Notes: generated from the sequence alone by a model not told the origin. A stretch of 62,168 bases of DNA, filler included, from Basidiobolus ranarum (GCA_040143965.1; 14 parts of 14 records of this genome joined end to end with filler, not necessarily neighbours in it); one strand, 5' to 3'; shown: positions 24,633-38,312, counted from the first letter of the whole stretch. Made by a program: numbers and translations.

Positions 24633-26633
24633 ATCCCTAACAAAAATAAAATAGATTTGATCCGGATTGGATCCACCCTCCATAATAGCAAAACCATCAG
24701 AGAACTGTCACAATATTGCTGGCTTGCATTCTGCCAGGGGTTTTGATGGTGTGATGACAGTTTCTTGACGGTATCTTAATGGTATTAATACATGTTAAAA
24801 TATTGATCCTCAAATTTGGCATGTGTTATTCACTATCCAGCAATTTTTGCAAAAATATAATTTTCAAAAGAAAAATTACTGGGTTTATTGCTGTAGGAAT
24901 TTGAATTAATATACATGCCTTTATTTAGATATTTTAGGCTTTGTATTCCAGCCATAATGAGAATCAAAAAATACAAGAATCTTGTTGTGTTTAGTCTCTA
25001 CATATGCATATATTTGACTGATTAGACATAACTCAACAACATCAATATGCTTTACCAGCGATCTAATGGTGGAAAATTGCTAAACATCTGAAATTTTGAA
25101 CAGCACTGACACTTGGCAAATGGCTGACTTTTGTTACTGTTCACAATGAGAATAAGCTCTTGGATTTTGGCAAATTTCTGTAAAGAATTCAGCCAATATA
25201 TCCCCAACTTGCAGTAAATAAATGTCCTGCCACAAGTAGATGTGTCATTGCTTGAATAGATTACCCCATGGCAAAAATAATAATACTACATATCTCCATC
25301 TATCTCACCAAGAATTCTGTCTTGCAGCTTTCCTAAAAATACTGTCAGATTATCACACAAGCAAATTAGTCCAATTATAAAGTTACTTACTCTGTGTCCA
25401 TGGATTGGGCTTTGTTGCTGTAATTGTGCTCAAACAATGCAAAAACCTGTGAGCACATTGAAAAGAGCCCTTTGTTGGCAGGTTAATATACTCTGGAGTC
25501 TCCTTAACCCATTGCATTACATCCATCACTGATTTTGCTGATACATTGTTAATCAGACTAGCATACAGTAATACTGACAATTTCACACGGAGCATTGTTT
25601 CACCACAGGTGTGCTCTGTTGGGAACTCCCAGAATGTATAGCAAGGGCCTGTAATCTCTAAGCATTGTGAAAGATGCAGCAGGGAATGTATTAAATACTG
25701 GCATAGATTCAGTCTATCTTCTTTATACCTGTATAAAGTTTCTGATATCCAATTACAAAATCTTTGCACAGTTGCTGTATCTGCCTGAGATTTGCCAATG
25801 TGAGTTGATGCCGTAAGAATATATTAACAATATTGACAAACAACTCCTAATGTTGCCAATACTTACCAGGCAGAAATCTTTTCAAAATTCCACTTGAATA
25901 TACATAAATCCAATACTTCCAGTCTTTGCATTTGAATAAATGCCTAGATGAGTAGATACTGATGGGAGTCCTGGTAAAATATGATGGTATCTTGATGTTT
26001 TCAAGCATTTTCCCAATCAATTCAAACTTTGATCCTAACTTGAATGGCTCACTCATATTGAATTTTCCACTATATAGCTGAGTAAGTAGGATCAGAGTGT
26101 TGTTGAATAGTAAGTGCATGGAGCCTAATGGGAAGCTCTGGCTCCAGCTGATCACCTTTAGCAATATAATCTTAGGCTTATGGCTAATACCAAGTTTGAT
26201 GTCAGACTGACTATTTGGTGAATTGATATCAGTGATCATGTTGGAATTTGACCGGACGTTTGATGGTAAAATCATGAAGTTTAGTATTGTATTTGGATAG
26301 TAGTAATGTGTATGCCTGTTAGAGTAAACTCAATTGATTTGACAAATTCTATAGCAAGATAGTGTATTGTGCCCACAAAAACCTCCAAGTTTACCAATGG
26401 CAGGAGTGTCACCAATACATACAATGATATTAGCTTTGATAAAATATTAACCCATCTGAACCCCATTAGATAATGGTTTAAATTCCGCAATCAAAGGCTC
26501 CAAGAAGCTATCTATAAGCACAGGTGATTTAGGTCCAGATATGATGGATAGTATCAAAATATTATGACTCTTATACCATTCAGAAGGAGGAAGATTTAAG
26601 TTGATTAAAATTATTGGCCAGCAAGCCTTTCCA
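24633..26633 (-). mobile_element. Degenerate CACTA/EnSpm (CMC) transposon: Tnp2-type transposase and terminal region
   Basis: CWPIILINLNLPPSEWYKSHNILILSIISGPKSP..DSFLEPLI, GDTPAIGKLGGFCGHN, SFPLGSMHLLFNN and HSLLHL..CL..TGP..TFWEFPTE. The terminal ~80 bp recurs at 40074-40157. Confidence 0.88.
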
Positions 26634-26733
26634 NNNNNNNNNNNNNNNNNNNNNNNNNNNNNNNNNNNNNNNNNNNNTTAATTAATTAANNNNNNNNNNN
26701 NNNNNNNNNNNNNNNNNNNNNNNNNNNNNNNNN

Positions 26734-28288
26734 TAGTGCGGACCTGCACGGGAGCGTAACTCGTTGGTAGCTTAGCTAATGAGTAATAAACTAAGTTAAA
26801 AGCATCAAAATTCAATTCTTTTTGTGTCTTGGACTATACCGGGCATTTCAAAGATACAACACAAGAGGTGGCAATGATATCAGCATCTTCGTTCTCGCGT
26901 TTAACTAAAATGAGAACTATTAATTTAAACCCAATGATGGTATGTGTACGGTATTTACTAACTTTTCTGCAAAGCCTCCTCTTTGGACAGCCGCTTGCTT
27001 CTCATAATCGTGTTGACTATAGAGTCCACGGAGTGCTTCCTGACCAACTTAGCCATTATGACATAGTTCTACGATGTATAGTGTTAGCCACTAGCCGAGT
27101 GCATAGAGTTGACTGCTCTACTGCGAAAAGTATACCTTCGATGTATTGGCATACATGAATTCAATCCTATTAAAAGAAGTGGAATCTATGTGGCATAGGT
27201 CAGTTATTTCCGGAGGATTTACAGTTCCAGGCTTATTTTTCAATCCTCGCAAACTCTAAAGAATTCAAAGGTAAACGATCTTAGTCAAGAAGTTAAAAAA
27301 GATAGTTCTGAGGATTAACACACCGTTTGTAATACTGCTGTGTTTATTCTAACTTCGCACAATGGGGGAAATTCCATAAGAACTTGCAAATTTTCGTTCA
27401 GAGTCTGTCCTGATCTATCATACGCACAGGCAAATAACTTTATACCGACATCTCGACTACCTAAGCTAAAAACAACATCACTATTTAGTACAAGAGTTTG
27501 GAATATTCTTCTCGGTTGGAAATAAAAAACACTCACCTCTGATGCTGTAGATTGGCAACGTGGTGTTTCTTGAGTTGGAAATCTAAGCGAACTAATGAGG
27601 CTTTTTCTGGGAGTACTGTACAAATCAATTTCATTAATATTCAGATACTTCATTCACTCTAATCGATAGTTGAGATAAAAGCAACATACCTGGACATACT
27701 TTAATTTCTGACAATAATTCAATAGCTTCATAAAAGGGACTTGGCTTAAAGATAAATTCAGAGTCTTCTATTATTCCCCTTTTTGGTGTAGATTTGATAG
27801 AAAGCTCACGGTCAGAGTAGCCTGCCTTATTGTTGAAGATACGACCTTCACAAGCTGGGCGAGGTATAATGACTTTGTTAAGTGTAGAATCTATAATTGG
27901 ACTGGAACCCTCAAATATAGGCAAAGTACTTCATAAAGTCTGTATCAATATAACAATTCTCTCAAGATAAAAGCAATAAATAGAATACCTCCCAAAATGT
28001 GCTAATATAATTTGTTGTACTGGAGCACAATCACTGCCATCACCTTGGGAATATTTCTCCTCTGTAAACTGCTGTATTCTCTGAATTAATTCACCTTTAC
28101 TTCCACTAACCCTAAGATGGGAACCGGTAACTTCATTAAAGCTACGGATGCAAGCTTTCAATTGATTCACAAGCAATAGAGGTATGCAACGTTTAACGAG
28201 ATACTAAGAAGAATGAGTAACTTGCTATTAAGTAAAAGTTCTTTGAATTTGAACCGTTCTATGTACAAAGTACCTCTTGTTCAGACAT
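26734..28288 (-). CDS. SIZ1: Siz/PIAS-family SUMO E3 ligase (SAP-like, PINIT, start of SP-RING), multi-exon, 3' truncated
   Basis: MSEQE then LVNQLKACIR..LRVSGSKGELIQRI, FKPSPFYEAIE, EFPPLCEVRIN, GLKNKPGTVNPP, DIIATSCVVSLKCP and LSYQRVTLPCRS. Confidence 0.85.
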
Positions 28289-29471
28289 GGTTGAACTCCA
28301 CCACCACTATTAGACCTTTAAATGCCAACACAGTTCGAAATATTATTATTAAACAAGCAGAATTATATTAAGCTCTATGATATCATCAACAAAAAGGGAT
28401 TAAATGGAACTAGCGACAGCCGATCTATGTGGGCTTTCACAGATTATAAATTCTCCATTCACATAAACGCAACCCAAATTTTCTAAATATTGAGATTAAA
28501 CAGTTTTCAATAATTCGACGGATTTCCAGTATGAGCGAAATATAGATAGAATCGGGATAACGAGGAGGCTATATGTTTATGTGAGTATAAGTCGGGAACG
28601 TACCACTAATGCTGTGAAAGGAAAAGTGGAATGGAACCAATCGACCAAAGAGGGTCAACCGACTATTTGTGTGCATTCCATACAACCAATAATGATAGTT
28701 TGATGTGAATTGATCCTGTGATTACAGTAACACCAATAGCCTGTAGAGGAATCTTGGCTACATGGGCCTTAACCCAAGATCTCTCATCATATAACAGCTA
28801 TCGCGGTATGAAGCGAGTTTCGAGCCACATTTAGCAAGACTCCCTTTGTACCACTGAATTCAATGAAAATGAGTCGCCGCCAAACAAGAATCACATCCGA
28901 CAGTACACTTAAAAGGCTACTCATTGCCTATATGCAACTATTATGCGCCGCGTTCCAAATCGGTAGTTTGTACAAACTAAGTCACGAGGTAAGATCCAGA
29001 TTCTAATATATCGCCATCTTGGTACACCATTTTCCATCTTGACCAACTGGAGTTTAATTATCGAAGAAAAAGAATAAGTGAGATATGAAGCTAGTATAAA
29101 AATAGTATAGCAATGGTGAGGGTATATAGGAAGCCAAAAGGATAATAGATCCGATTGGGAATAGGATCCAAGACAGAGGGTAAATGGTATCTATGAATAG
29201 AATAGTTCAAAGTAGATAGAAATTGAACAGGCCCAGCCTGGTTGCATGAGTGGAGAGGCATTGATGTGAGAGTACTATGTATGACTTTCTATGAATATAG
29301 TTGGACTGCAAAGAAACAATGATAATGCCACGGTATATCGGAGATAAATCGTAAACTTGATGAGCGTAAACCAATATCCGGTTGATTGCCTAGTATATAA
29401 TGGTCTAGATATATATATATCGTGAGCGCACGTTGGGTTCAAATGGACCTTACGAGGCTGATGGAATATGG

Positions 29472-31081
29472 CTATCTATAAGTTGCTTCTCGATGGAATT
29501 CATCGATATCCTCCAATGTTTCGCATTCTTCTTCAAGGGTTCCGAGGAAATGTTGCTTGGGTTTACTCTGCTGCTCAACTTCTTTTTCTACATCAAAAAT
29601 CCAATGATATTGCAAAATTAGGTTTTTAACTAAAGCTTGTTGTTGACCCAGGTTTGCCATAGAAGTAGCAAAACAGAGTGGTCCAGGTGGTGGTCGAATC
29701 AATGTGGGGCCAAATACGATGGCCAGGTTCGAGGCGTACATATGATTGACATCTTCGTAATCAGTAACCCTGGATCAAACTTATTAGTAATCCATTTTTA
29801 GGCGAAGTAGAGGTATGAGGTTCCTACATTTCAAGATGCTCAATCAGTCGCTTCAGCAGCAAGTAGTTTGGCTTCGGGAGTGCCATAACATGGTTTTTGA
29901 TACCAATCAATCGTGTATCATAGTCTTCCGCCACTAAAACAAACAAATAAGCTTCTATAGAAACAAAAAACATCATTAGATGTCCTACCAGCAGCTGAAA
30001 TGAAATCGTGATAGAGGTCAAAAGTGAGCACTGGTTCTGGAAGCTCACGTAGCCATTGTTTCAAAACGCCTGATATTACATTGATATCCCTCCATTCCTC
30101 ACTAGATAAATCAACTGCTTCGCTATCTAGGAATGAATAATTCAAGGAATCAATCATTAGTATTATTTTAGGAATGCCAAATAAGCTTTACTGTACCTTT
30201 GTTAAAGCTTTGACGAAGTTGTTCAATAGCAGAAGCCATGCCAGAGATACGATATATTCCAACTTCATATAGGCCTAATGAGAGGTCAATTTAATGAAAA
30301 GTGATGAAAGTTAGTTTTGGGAAAATGATAATACCTCGTTCCTCAACTTCTCGAAGACATTTTTCAATCAAAACTGGCAGGGAATAAGAACCATCTTCAC
30401 GTTTCATCAAAAGAGATAGTTCGATACCAAACACTGTACATTCCTTGGTTAATCGAAGAGCTATAAAGATGACTGCATGTAGTAAATTACCTGATGATCT
30501 TTCTTTAGGTGTTTGAGAGTTCTCCGTACTTATGACATCGGTTGCTGAGTTGGAGGATCGCTCAGAATTTTGAATAATCATTTCTTTTCTGGCGTCCTCC
30601 ACTAAAACAGTGAATCTTCTAGCTGCTCCTTCCTTAGCCGCATCAGTGATAGCCTTGACCCAACTTAACATGTCTTGACGATCAATAGCTTGAAGCAAAT
30701 ATTGACATCCTTCCTCTGAAATAATCTTGAACACGTGGTCGCGTTTAGTACGTGAATACTCAATTGTAGTTGCACAGTTGATCAGATTTATAGCTAAAGA
30801 AGGTCTGGCGGCAGGGAGTTTGGTCAATAAATCGCTTGTCGAGTCGTTTGAAAGCGGGGAGTTTGTGTTTTTTGAACGAGTAGCTGTAAGGGCACGAGCA
30901 CTAGTAAGTGTTTTTGATGCTGGATCGTCAGCTTGTGCTTGAGAATTGGTCGGATTAGAGGAATGAACAGATTTAAAAAGATTTGTCATTTTTTCAAGTT
31001 CTTTCGTTTTAGCTTTGCGTTGCTGTTGTTCTTTAATTCTCTTTTCCTTTAACCTCGCTTCTTCGTTTATTCTACGTTGAA
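29472..31081 (-). CDS. PH-domain RhoGAP, multi-exon, 5' truncated
   Basis: PH end KRDHVFKI...[15 protein letters not shown]. Rho[35 protein letters not shown] and [13 protein letters not shown]. Confidence 0.9.
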
Positions 31082-31183
31082 NNNNNNNNNNNNNNNNNNN
31101 NNNNNNNNNNNNNNNNNNNNNNNNNTTAATTAATTAANNNNNNNNNNNNNNNNNNNNNNNNNNNNNNNNNNNNNNNNNNNNCA

Positions 31184-31714
31184 CTCTATCACGTACTCAT
31201 TTCTCTGCTCGCTTCGACTATTAAAACTCCACGTACTGATGGGCTAACCCATCATTACTCAATCTCCTCTCCACCACAGATCTCTTTGAAATCGAGCATT
31301 TCCGTTTCTCCAAAGAGATCCATTACTGTCGAGGACCCCAATCTTGACCAGGTGGAGATTCCATTAAAACGAGAAAAGTATTCACCTGAAAGGGTTGCAG
31401 CATTCCAAAAACCCAACAAAAGAGGGAAACAATCACGGGACAGGAGATACTCATGCTCCGAGTGTGAAAAGACCTTCGATCGTCCCTCTGCCTTGGCAAG
31501 TCACCGAAAGACTCATTCACAGCTTCGCGAATTCACCTGTACTCTTTGCTCCAGCGCCTTCAAATTCAAGCATGACATGGAGCGTCACCTTCGTAGGCAT
31601 ACTGGGGACAAGCCCTACCCCTGTAGCCATTGTGACCAGGTATTTTATCGATCAGACACTATGACCAACCATATGAAAACCAAACACCCAGATGTCAGCG
31701 CCCCCTCCTACTAA
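31184..31714 (+). CDS. C2H2 zinc-finger protein (3 fingers), probably 5' truncated
   Basis: CSECEKTF..H..TH, CTLCSSAF..H..RH, TGDKP linker and CSHCDQVF..H..KH. The frame is open from the contig start. Confidence 0.88.
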   Translation, partial: LYHVLISLLASTIKTPRTDGLTHHYSISSPPQISLKSSISVSPKRSITVEDPNLDQVEIPLKREKYSPERVAAFQKPNKRGKQSRDRRYSCSECEKTFDRPSALASHRKTHSQLREFTCTLCSSAFKFKHDMERHLRRHTGDKPYPCSHCDQVFYRSDTMTNHMKTKHPDVSAPSY

Positions 31715-32339
31715 TGCATACAAGAAAGCCACCAACGGCGGTATGATATATTTCTATGTCTGTACTATATATGTTTAAGCATCATCCATCAATCCCCCAT
31801 TTACTTTGAACGGAAGTAGAGCAAATAAGCCCCTTAGTGTACATACAGCTCTATTCTCAACGCCTACTCCAACCATCCGTCGTTTTTCTAAAGAATGTAT
31901 AATCAATTGTTAATAACAAATATAGTGAATTGATCACTAGAAGTCTGTCCACCATAATTTATGATGATGAGGGACGCCGTAGAGTGAGGAATGGCAAGGA
32001 TCAGCCGATAGCGTTGATCTAACCATCCAAACCCAGCGTAGGAAATAGGTAGCGTTGATAAAGCTTCATGATCGAAGGCATGTTGGCGGCATTGACTCGA
32101 GAACAGCACTGGTAAATGCCAGTCAGTGCATCGGTATTAGACCAACACAGGGTCTTACCAATTCTTTGGAGATTGATATGAATATCAGCTAAGAATTACC
32201 GAAAACCCCGCTCAACATCTGATTGACATTCAGGAGATAAGGGTAGTGAACGATCCAAACGACTGGGCTATCGTCCAATAACATGTGGCTGCCAACTACA
32301 GTAGTTCCAAATTATTGCGGAGTAGTAGGTGTTGAGAAC

Positions 32340-33200
32340 CTAAAACCTGGCCAATAGACAGCGGAGCCAGTGGTCACAGTAGTATTCGACTTACATATGA
32401 CTCGAATTGGAGTAAATCATCGAATCCAGCTGGAGGCTTCGGTGCAGACTAAGACTGAGGATAACCCTAACCGGTGTGATTTATTAAAGTTATTGATTGT
32501 GAAACAGGAAATGGATCTCTCGATTTCCCAATAATACCTGGTACAGCATCGGTGCTAGATCGGAATGCAAACTGTGATATTGATTGGGCCACCTATCATG
32601 AGAGATAGCTGAGAAAATATGGGAATAGATGGTTGAACCCTGATCAGGGATACAAAGTTGGATCTGCAGACATTGAAGAAATTACCTCACTTGGATAAAC
32701 AACTCTTGGCAGTGCTAATGAGCCATTAATACCACTATAGCTGGTAGAAATGTTGCAAGTATTTGGAAAGCATAACTAGGACTTGCGATAACTAGACCAT
32801 TTGTGGAATGTAGCATCTTTTCGCAGTTTAAAGAGCCCACATTCCTTAACTTCCCCTGCGGATTGATCCCAGTGTATATGGTAAAACTCTGATTGAAAAA
32901 AAACATGTTTTTCAGATAATATCCTGATTATGTACAAAAGTACTTTTCTTTGGTCAATTCAGTCATATTTCTTGTACTAGTATATGAAGTAGGAGATTCT
33001 CTGCATTGGAAAGTCAAACTGGGTATGTAACAGATACAGGGGATCTACCGCTTCAAATGATGTTTTCAGTATAGGTGAGTACTGGATGATAGTGGATTGA
33101 GCAAGATAAACTGGACCTTTGAATGGCTACTTCAGCCCTGAATCACCCTCTACTTCTTTTCAATCTATCTTTGAATTTAAAACTGTAATATGAAGATAAC
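32340..33200 (+). mobile_element. Highly degenerate Gypsy-like pol remnant
   Basis: Protease-like IDSGASG, IDW, and a chromodomain-like DD.WIEQDKL fragment. Many stops and deletions. Confidence 0.35.
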
Positions 33201-35628
33201 CACTCTACAAGAGCTCGAGATATGCATTTATTGTTAAACCTTGAACAAAATTCTTTGTTAGAAGCACACATTTCAATGTGTCTCCATTGGTATTGCACGG
33301 AATTCAAGGTATTCTGTGAGACATTTTTTGTATGTGTGCAGAATAATTAGAGGAAAATAAGAAATTTGCACTTCTACTATATTGAAAATGTGGATTTATA
33401 CTTTTATTGATAATGAAAAAAATGTCAGCATTTTTGTGTGTCTAGGGTACTAAGACAGCTGGAAAAAGTTAGGAGAGCTTTAGATTTGTTCATAAGTTTT
33501 GCCGTTTTTCAAGTTTCTTGAAGATTCCATAATAGATGTTATGATTTTGTCTTGGCTGAATGTGCAGTAACATTTAAAATACTATAGATGATGTGAGCAA
33601 TACAATGCTTAACTCCAACACTTTGACAGCATACGGCCTATGCCGTATGAGATATCCTAATCCTGCCCGACATTAACTAACTTCTTAATTCATATTATAT
33701 TACATTGTCATTTGTAAGTGCTTGAAATATGGTACCACATTAAGAAAGGTGGTTGACTCTTAATTTATGGCAACGACACCTTGGTACAGATTCCTCATTA
33801 CAAAGTACGCCATTGAATGTAGCAACATGGTTGGCCTCATATGTCACTCTATTTTTAGCTACCTCCAGCTTAGGCTTCTACTGTATGTAGATATACACTA
33901 TGAATCATATCTGATTTAAGGTTACTCAACATTGCCAATAAATAGTTCAAAATACTTTGACTTATTTAAGTCAAGAAATCACTAAATAGGGTATATGGTT
34001 GCATATGTATCTCAGTACTAATTCTTGAAAGCATTGTTTTATCTTCATGGTTATGCCCATAATTACAGCACTTACATGCAATACAGATGATGAATCAGTT
34101 TTGAGCCCATCTGCCTACAACGCACTATTTGGCAATGTACTCTCTTTTCATAGAAAGCAAGAGATAAACTTGCAAAAGCACAAGAAGGATATCCAAAAAA
34201 ATTATCATTGAATGCTCTCGGTTTGATGAAATTGAATTTAAAACATGGCTATATAACAACTGCTGTTGCAGAAATAGCACTACACAGCAATAATTTAGAT
34301 GGTTCAGTTAGTGTTACTGCAGTGAAAAGATGGTTGAATCACAATGTAATTAAAGCGTTGAGAATAGAATGCTAATGTCATAGACAAGTTTAGATCACTT
34401 TTGTGTGATAATACCAAGAATAGGATGAAGATGAAAGAAGTAGTTATGGCAGGCCTGGCTGTATTTGGCATATTGACGGTGGATTAAATGCAGTACTATA
34501 ACTTTGAGCTACACTAGTGGATTCTCACCAAGATGAAAAGTCAGCACAAGACACAAGAGTACAGAATGGCCAACTTTTTATACGGCCATCTCAATCACCC
34601 AGTAATAGTGTATAAAACGTATAGAGAGAGATATTTTGAAATAAACTGTGCTCAAAACTGATTCAACAGAAAGATATGCGGGCATAGCTGACAACTTGGC
34701 AATCAAACAAGTAATCAACTTGCTATAATTAAATATTCGTAAATTGATATGTAAAGTATTATAATTATTGGACTTGCAGGTCTAAAGATTTCTTTCCAAA
34801 TTAGATACTAAAATTAAGAATTAGATAAGAGCAATAGCGTATACATGGTCGAATATATAAATGGACCTAAACACGAAAGCTCAGTCCACGTAGATGCTGA
34901 CATAATAAATATTGTTAATAGAAAATCTATCCAAGGTTGCTGTGAAGTTCATTGAAACATATATTCTTCTTGAACAATGGCAAGATCAAGGTTGCTATTA
35001 TCAAAATGGAAGTCATGTATTCTGGTCAATATCATTTACATACAGTGTAAATACCAAGCTCGTCATCTATCACTCTAATCATAAACCCTAATCATAAAAA
35101 TGAGGTCAAACCGCTGCTTTTGTATAAATGCTTTCGTAGTTTTGGATAGAGGATTGTGATGTTTGAGATGCCGACCATATCTGATGACTTGAGTATACTT
35201 GACACCGTACCCACGTCACTTCCTCTCACCTAGCTTCCTAACCCCTTGCACTCCAACTACATACAAGTTACTCTTCCCTAGGGCGCTGAAGGAGATACTG
35301 CCACCTCTTGTAAAATAAGTGACTTCTACTCACAATCTACTGCCACGACCACTCATGGCTGAACCCCTCCGCAAACAAACCCGTTCAGAAATATAACCTC
35401 CAGAAAAGCAACATAGGAGAGAATCTACAACTGAACACGATCAGCATTTGCTGGAAACTTGCGCAAGCACTGAAACATTATGAATAGAAAGTATTCCGAC
35501 CTCGTTTGTATGACAACTGATCAACTCTNNNNNNNNNNNNNNNNNNNNNNNNNNNNNNNNNNNNNNNNNNNNTTAATTAATTAANNNNNNNNNNNNNNNN
35601 NNNNNNNNNNNNNNNNNNNNNNNNNNNN

Positions 35629-36605
35629 TTGACAGGCTTCACTGTCTTGGGTGGATTGGTGGGCTTCTTTGGCTTGGAAGGGTTGACGGGCTTGACCGGC
35701 TTAGTTGGCTTGACAGGCTTCACAGGCTTGGGGGGAGTGGTAGGCTTCTTTGGCTTGGGAGGAGTGGTAGGCGTCTTTGGCTTGGGAGGGTGGACAGGTT
35801 TGGTGGGCTTCTTTGCTTTAGGAGGATTGCTAGGCTTCTTGGCCGCAAGCGCAGCAAAATCCCTGCTAACGAGTTTATGTCCTTTTTTCTGACCAGGTTT
35901 AGTAGTAGGAACGGGCTTGCTCGGCTTTTTTGACTTTGGCTTAGTTGGCTTAATTGGCTTGGGGGTAACTTGACCACCACCGCTGCTTGTGATCTTAACG
36001 GTAGGTCTCTTAGCAAATAAGTCTTTGCCACTATAACCACCATTGGTAAATTCAGGGATGGTAGGGAAACCAGGGAGATCAGCTACTAAGAGCTTTGGCC
36101 CACTAATAGATCCATTAGGAGTTCCTTGAATTTCGATATCTGCGCAATTCATGTAATACTCACGATTTCCAGTCTTATTAATCCAAGCCCATGCAAATGT
36201 GGCTTTACCACTTGGTGCCCCAGCAGGTATTTGAACGCTGTAATCGCGAGAAGCAATCAAGCAATTATCAAATACATCTTTAATCACAGCGAAAGTTTTG
36301 TCATCAAAAGAGATAGCAAACTGGCAATGTCCTCCGTTATGAGGAGCGCTTCCACCGATCTTAACCGGGATGCTGCCTCCAGCCTTAACAGTCTGAACAA
36401 CTCCACCTTTGCCATAACCACGACAAGGAAAAGGCCATTTGCTAGGATCTAATGGTGAGGCCATGTCGTAATCAGGCGTCCCTTTGTACGTAGGATTGTA
36501 CTGAGACTCACGAGGTGGTGGCTGGATCATATCCATATGACCGAAAGCATACGGAGTCAACGACAGCAGAGCCAATGCTGATATGGAGAGTTTTGAGAGA
36601 GCCAT
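35629..36605 (-). CDS. AA11-like chitin-active lytic polysaccharide monooxygenase with Pro/Lys-rich tail, 3' truncated
   Basis: Signal peptide ending AFG followed by His1 (HMDM..PPPR), then FPCRGY, HNGGHCQFAIS and WAWINKTGNREYYMNCADI. Tail is KPTKP/PPKPK repeats. Confidence 0.88.
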
Positions 36606-37959
36606 GTTCAAACAAGAGGATGTTGGTAATCAATACCAATTGACTTTATTCATCTAAAACACAGAAATCACCCACTTTTATAGAGTTTTTTGTACTTCCT
36701 TCAATCTATTTATACTAGCATGCTTGTGAACCTTCGTTATATTTGTTGCACATTACCAATTGCTAAAATCTTAAATTTTAGCTCAACTCTCCACCAATTC
36801 GAGTATGAATGAATTGGACACGCGGTTTTATTGCCTAGTATAGTTCTCCTAGTACGAAATAAGAAAATTGCCGAGTACCGTCCACTCAATACTCAGTATT
36901 CTGATTCGTTCTTTCATCCCTCAGATTTAAGCCTCACTTCAGTAGTTGTCAAGTTGTTACCATAGTCCTGTCCTATCTTTAGTTTGTGTAATATTGATCC
37001 AACGTTCACCCTTGCTTGGGGATTCAGAGTTGAAAAGAACTCTCGGGTAGGATGAACAGAACTCTTGGGTAGGATTAGGGTATTCCAAAATCGATTCGAA
37101 GATTAAGCGATGCATTTGACCATTAATTTAGGGCTACATAGGGTCAGCATTAATTTAGGTTTAACCCTAACCCTTTACTGCATAGATTCCATATCTGAGC
37201 CATTATATTTCAGCCATTAATTTCAACCTTCAAACAACGGGCAAGTCAATTGGGCTAGTCGATGTTAATATTTCACTTAGTCTAACAAGTAGCCGGTTTA
37301 AGTTTACTTCTGAGATTTCCATTCTTAGTGTATGGCTAACCCTAACCCTAAGTGCCTTGTGTCTAGTGTATGGCCAATAGGTTAGCTTTTATAATAATAA
37401 TCAAAAGTAACTATGTAGATGCCAAGATGCCGCATGTGACTACTTTCCTGTTACTAATTGCAATGAGATAAGCATAACCCTAACCCTGTTATTACTTAGT
37501 TGATTCTGTGCTAGGTGGATGATCCCGTACTATTAATTGATCCTGTCCTATGCACTAACATTGTACTACCGAAGTCTAAACTTCCACTTTTGATTTGGAA
37601 TCTTGGTGGTTGCCTATTGCAGTCTCAGTTGATTTAGTTACCTACTTTGGCAAGATAATACATATAAGTATTACCAAGCATCAGGAATCCTTAAGAGTTT
37701 GAACTCGAGTTGCTTCTGATTTACTAGCTTCTTATTTAACCGCAAAACAGTGACAATCAATTATATTATATTAGATTATATTGATCAATTAGATTGAATT
37801 GCATCAGTAATCAATCAACGATATTTGGGAAAAGATGTTACTAGATTGCACAAAGATACACTTAATTAATAATAGTTCAATTATTAAGCATTTTTTGAAT
37901 GAAACTAGTGTAAGCCCTGAGCTAGATGTCAACTACCGCATTTACCACTTAGTGTTAAC

Positions 37960-38312
37960 TGTTGAAATTAGCATTGCCTAAACACCTATATAGTCATAAA
38001 TTAGCATTGCCTAAACACCTATATAGTCATATAGCTTAATATTTAGTTATCCTATATTGAACTAAGATATCACCTCAAGAGGAATTTACTTGGAAGTTTG
38101 AAGATATATGGATTTGGAGACCTTGTGATAGAAGCCCTAAAATTTGCGCAAATGCTCCTGGGACCTTCCTTAACACATTCTACACGTTAGTTTGCTTACA
38201 TCTTGACAAATTTACATATGTCAATTGAATACTCAATAAATCAAAAAGTGAAAACCACCAATTTCTCTAGTTCTCCAAACCACTTCCAACAGGCTCCCAA
38301 AATACTTAAACA
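37960..38312 (+). mobile_element. Solo LTR, family B
   Basis: TG..CA ends, perfect TSD TTAAC, and an internal ~33-bp duplication near the 5' end. Confidence 0.92.

Noticed and set aside
33628..33680. 5S rRNA gene (starts GCATACGGCC)
   Set aside because: The resemblance ends after ~10 nt, with no recognisable internal boxes or 3' pairing strand.
13767..36452. Antisense and alternate-frame ORFs over CDK11, RhoGAP, the C2H2 gene and the LPMO
   Set aside because: They are shadows of real genes or of low-complexity codon repeats and carry no independent motifs.
37160..37490. True telomere
   Set aside because: Only dispersed 2-unit motifs inside a contig, not a terminal array.
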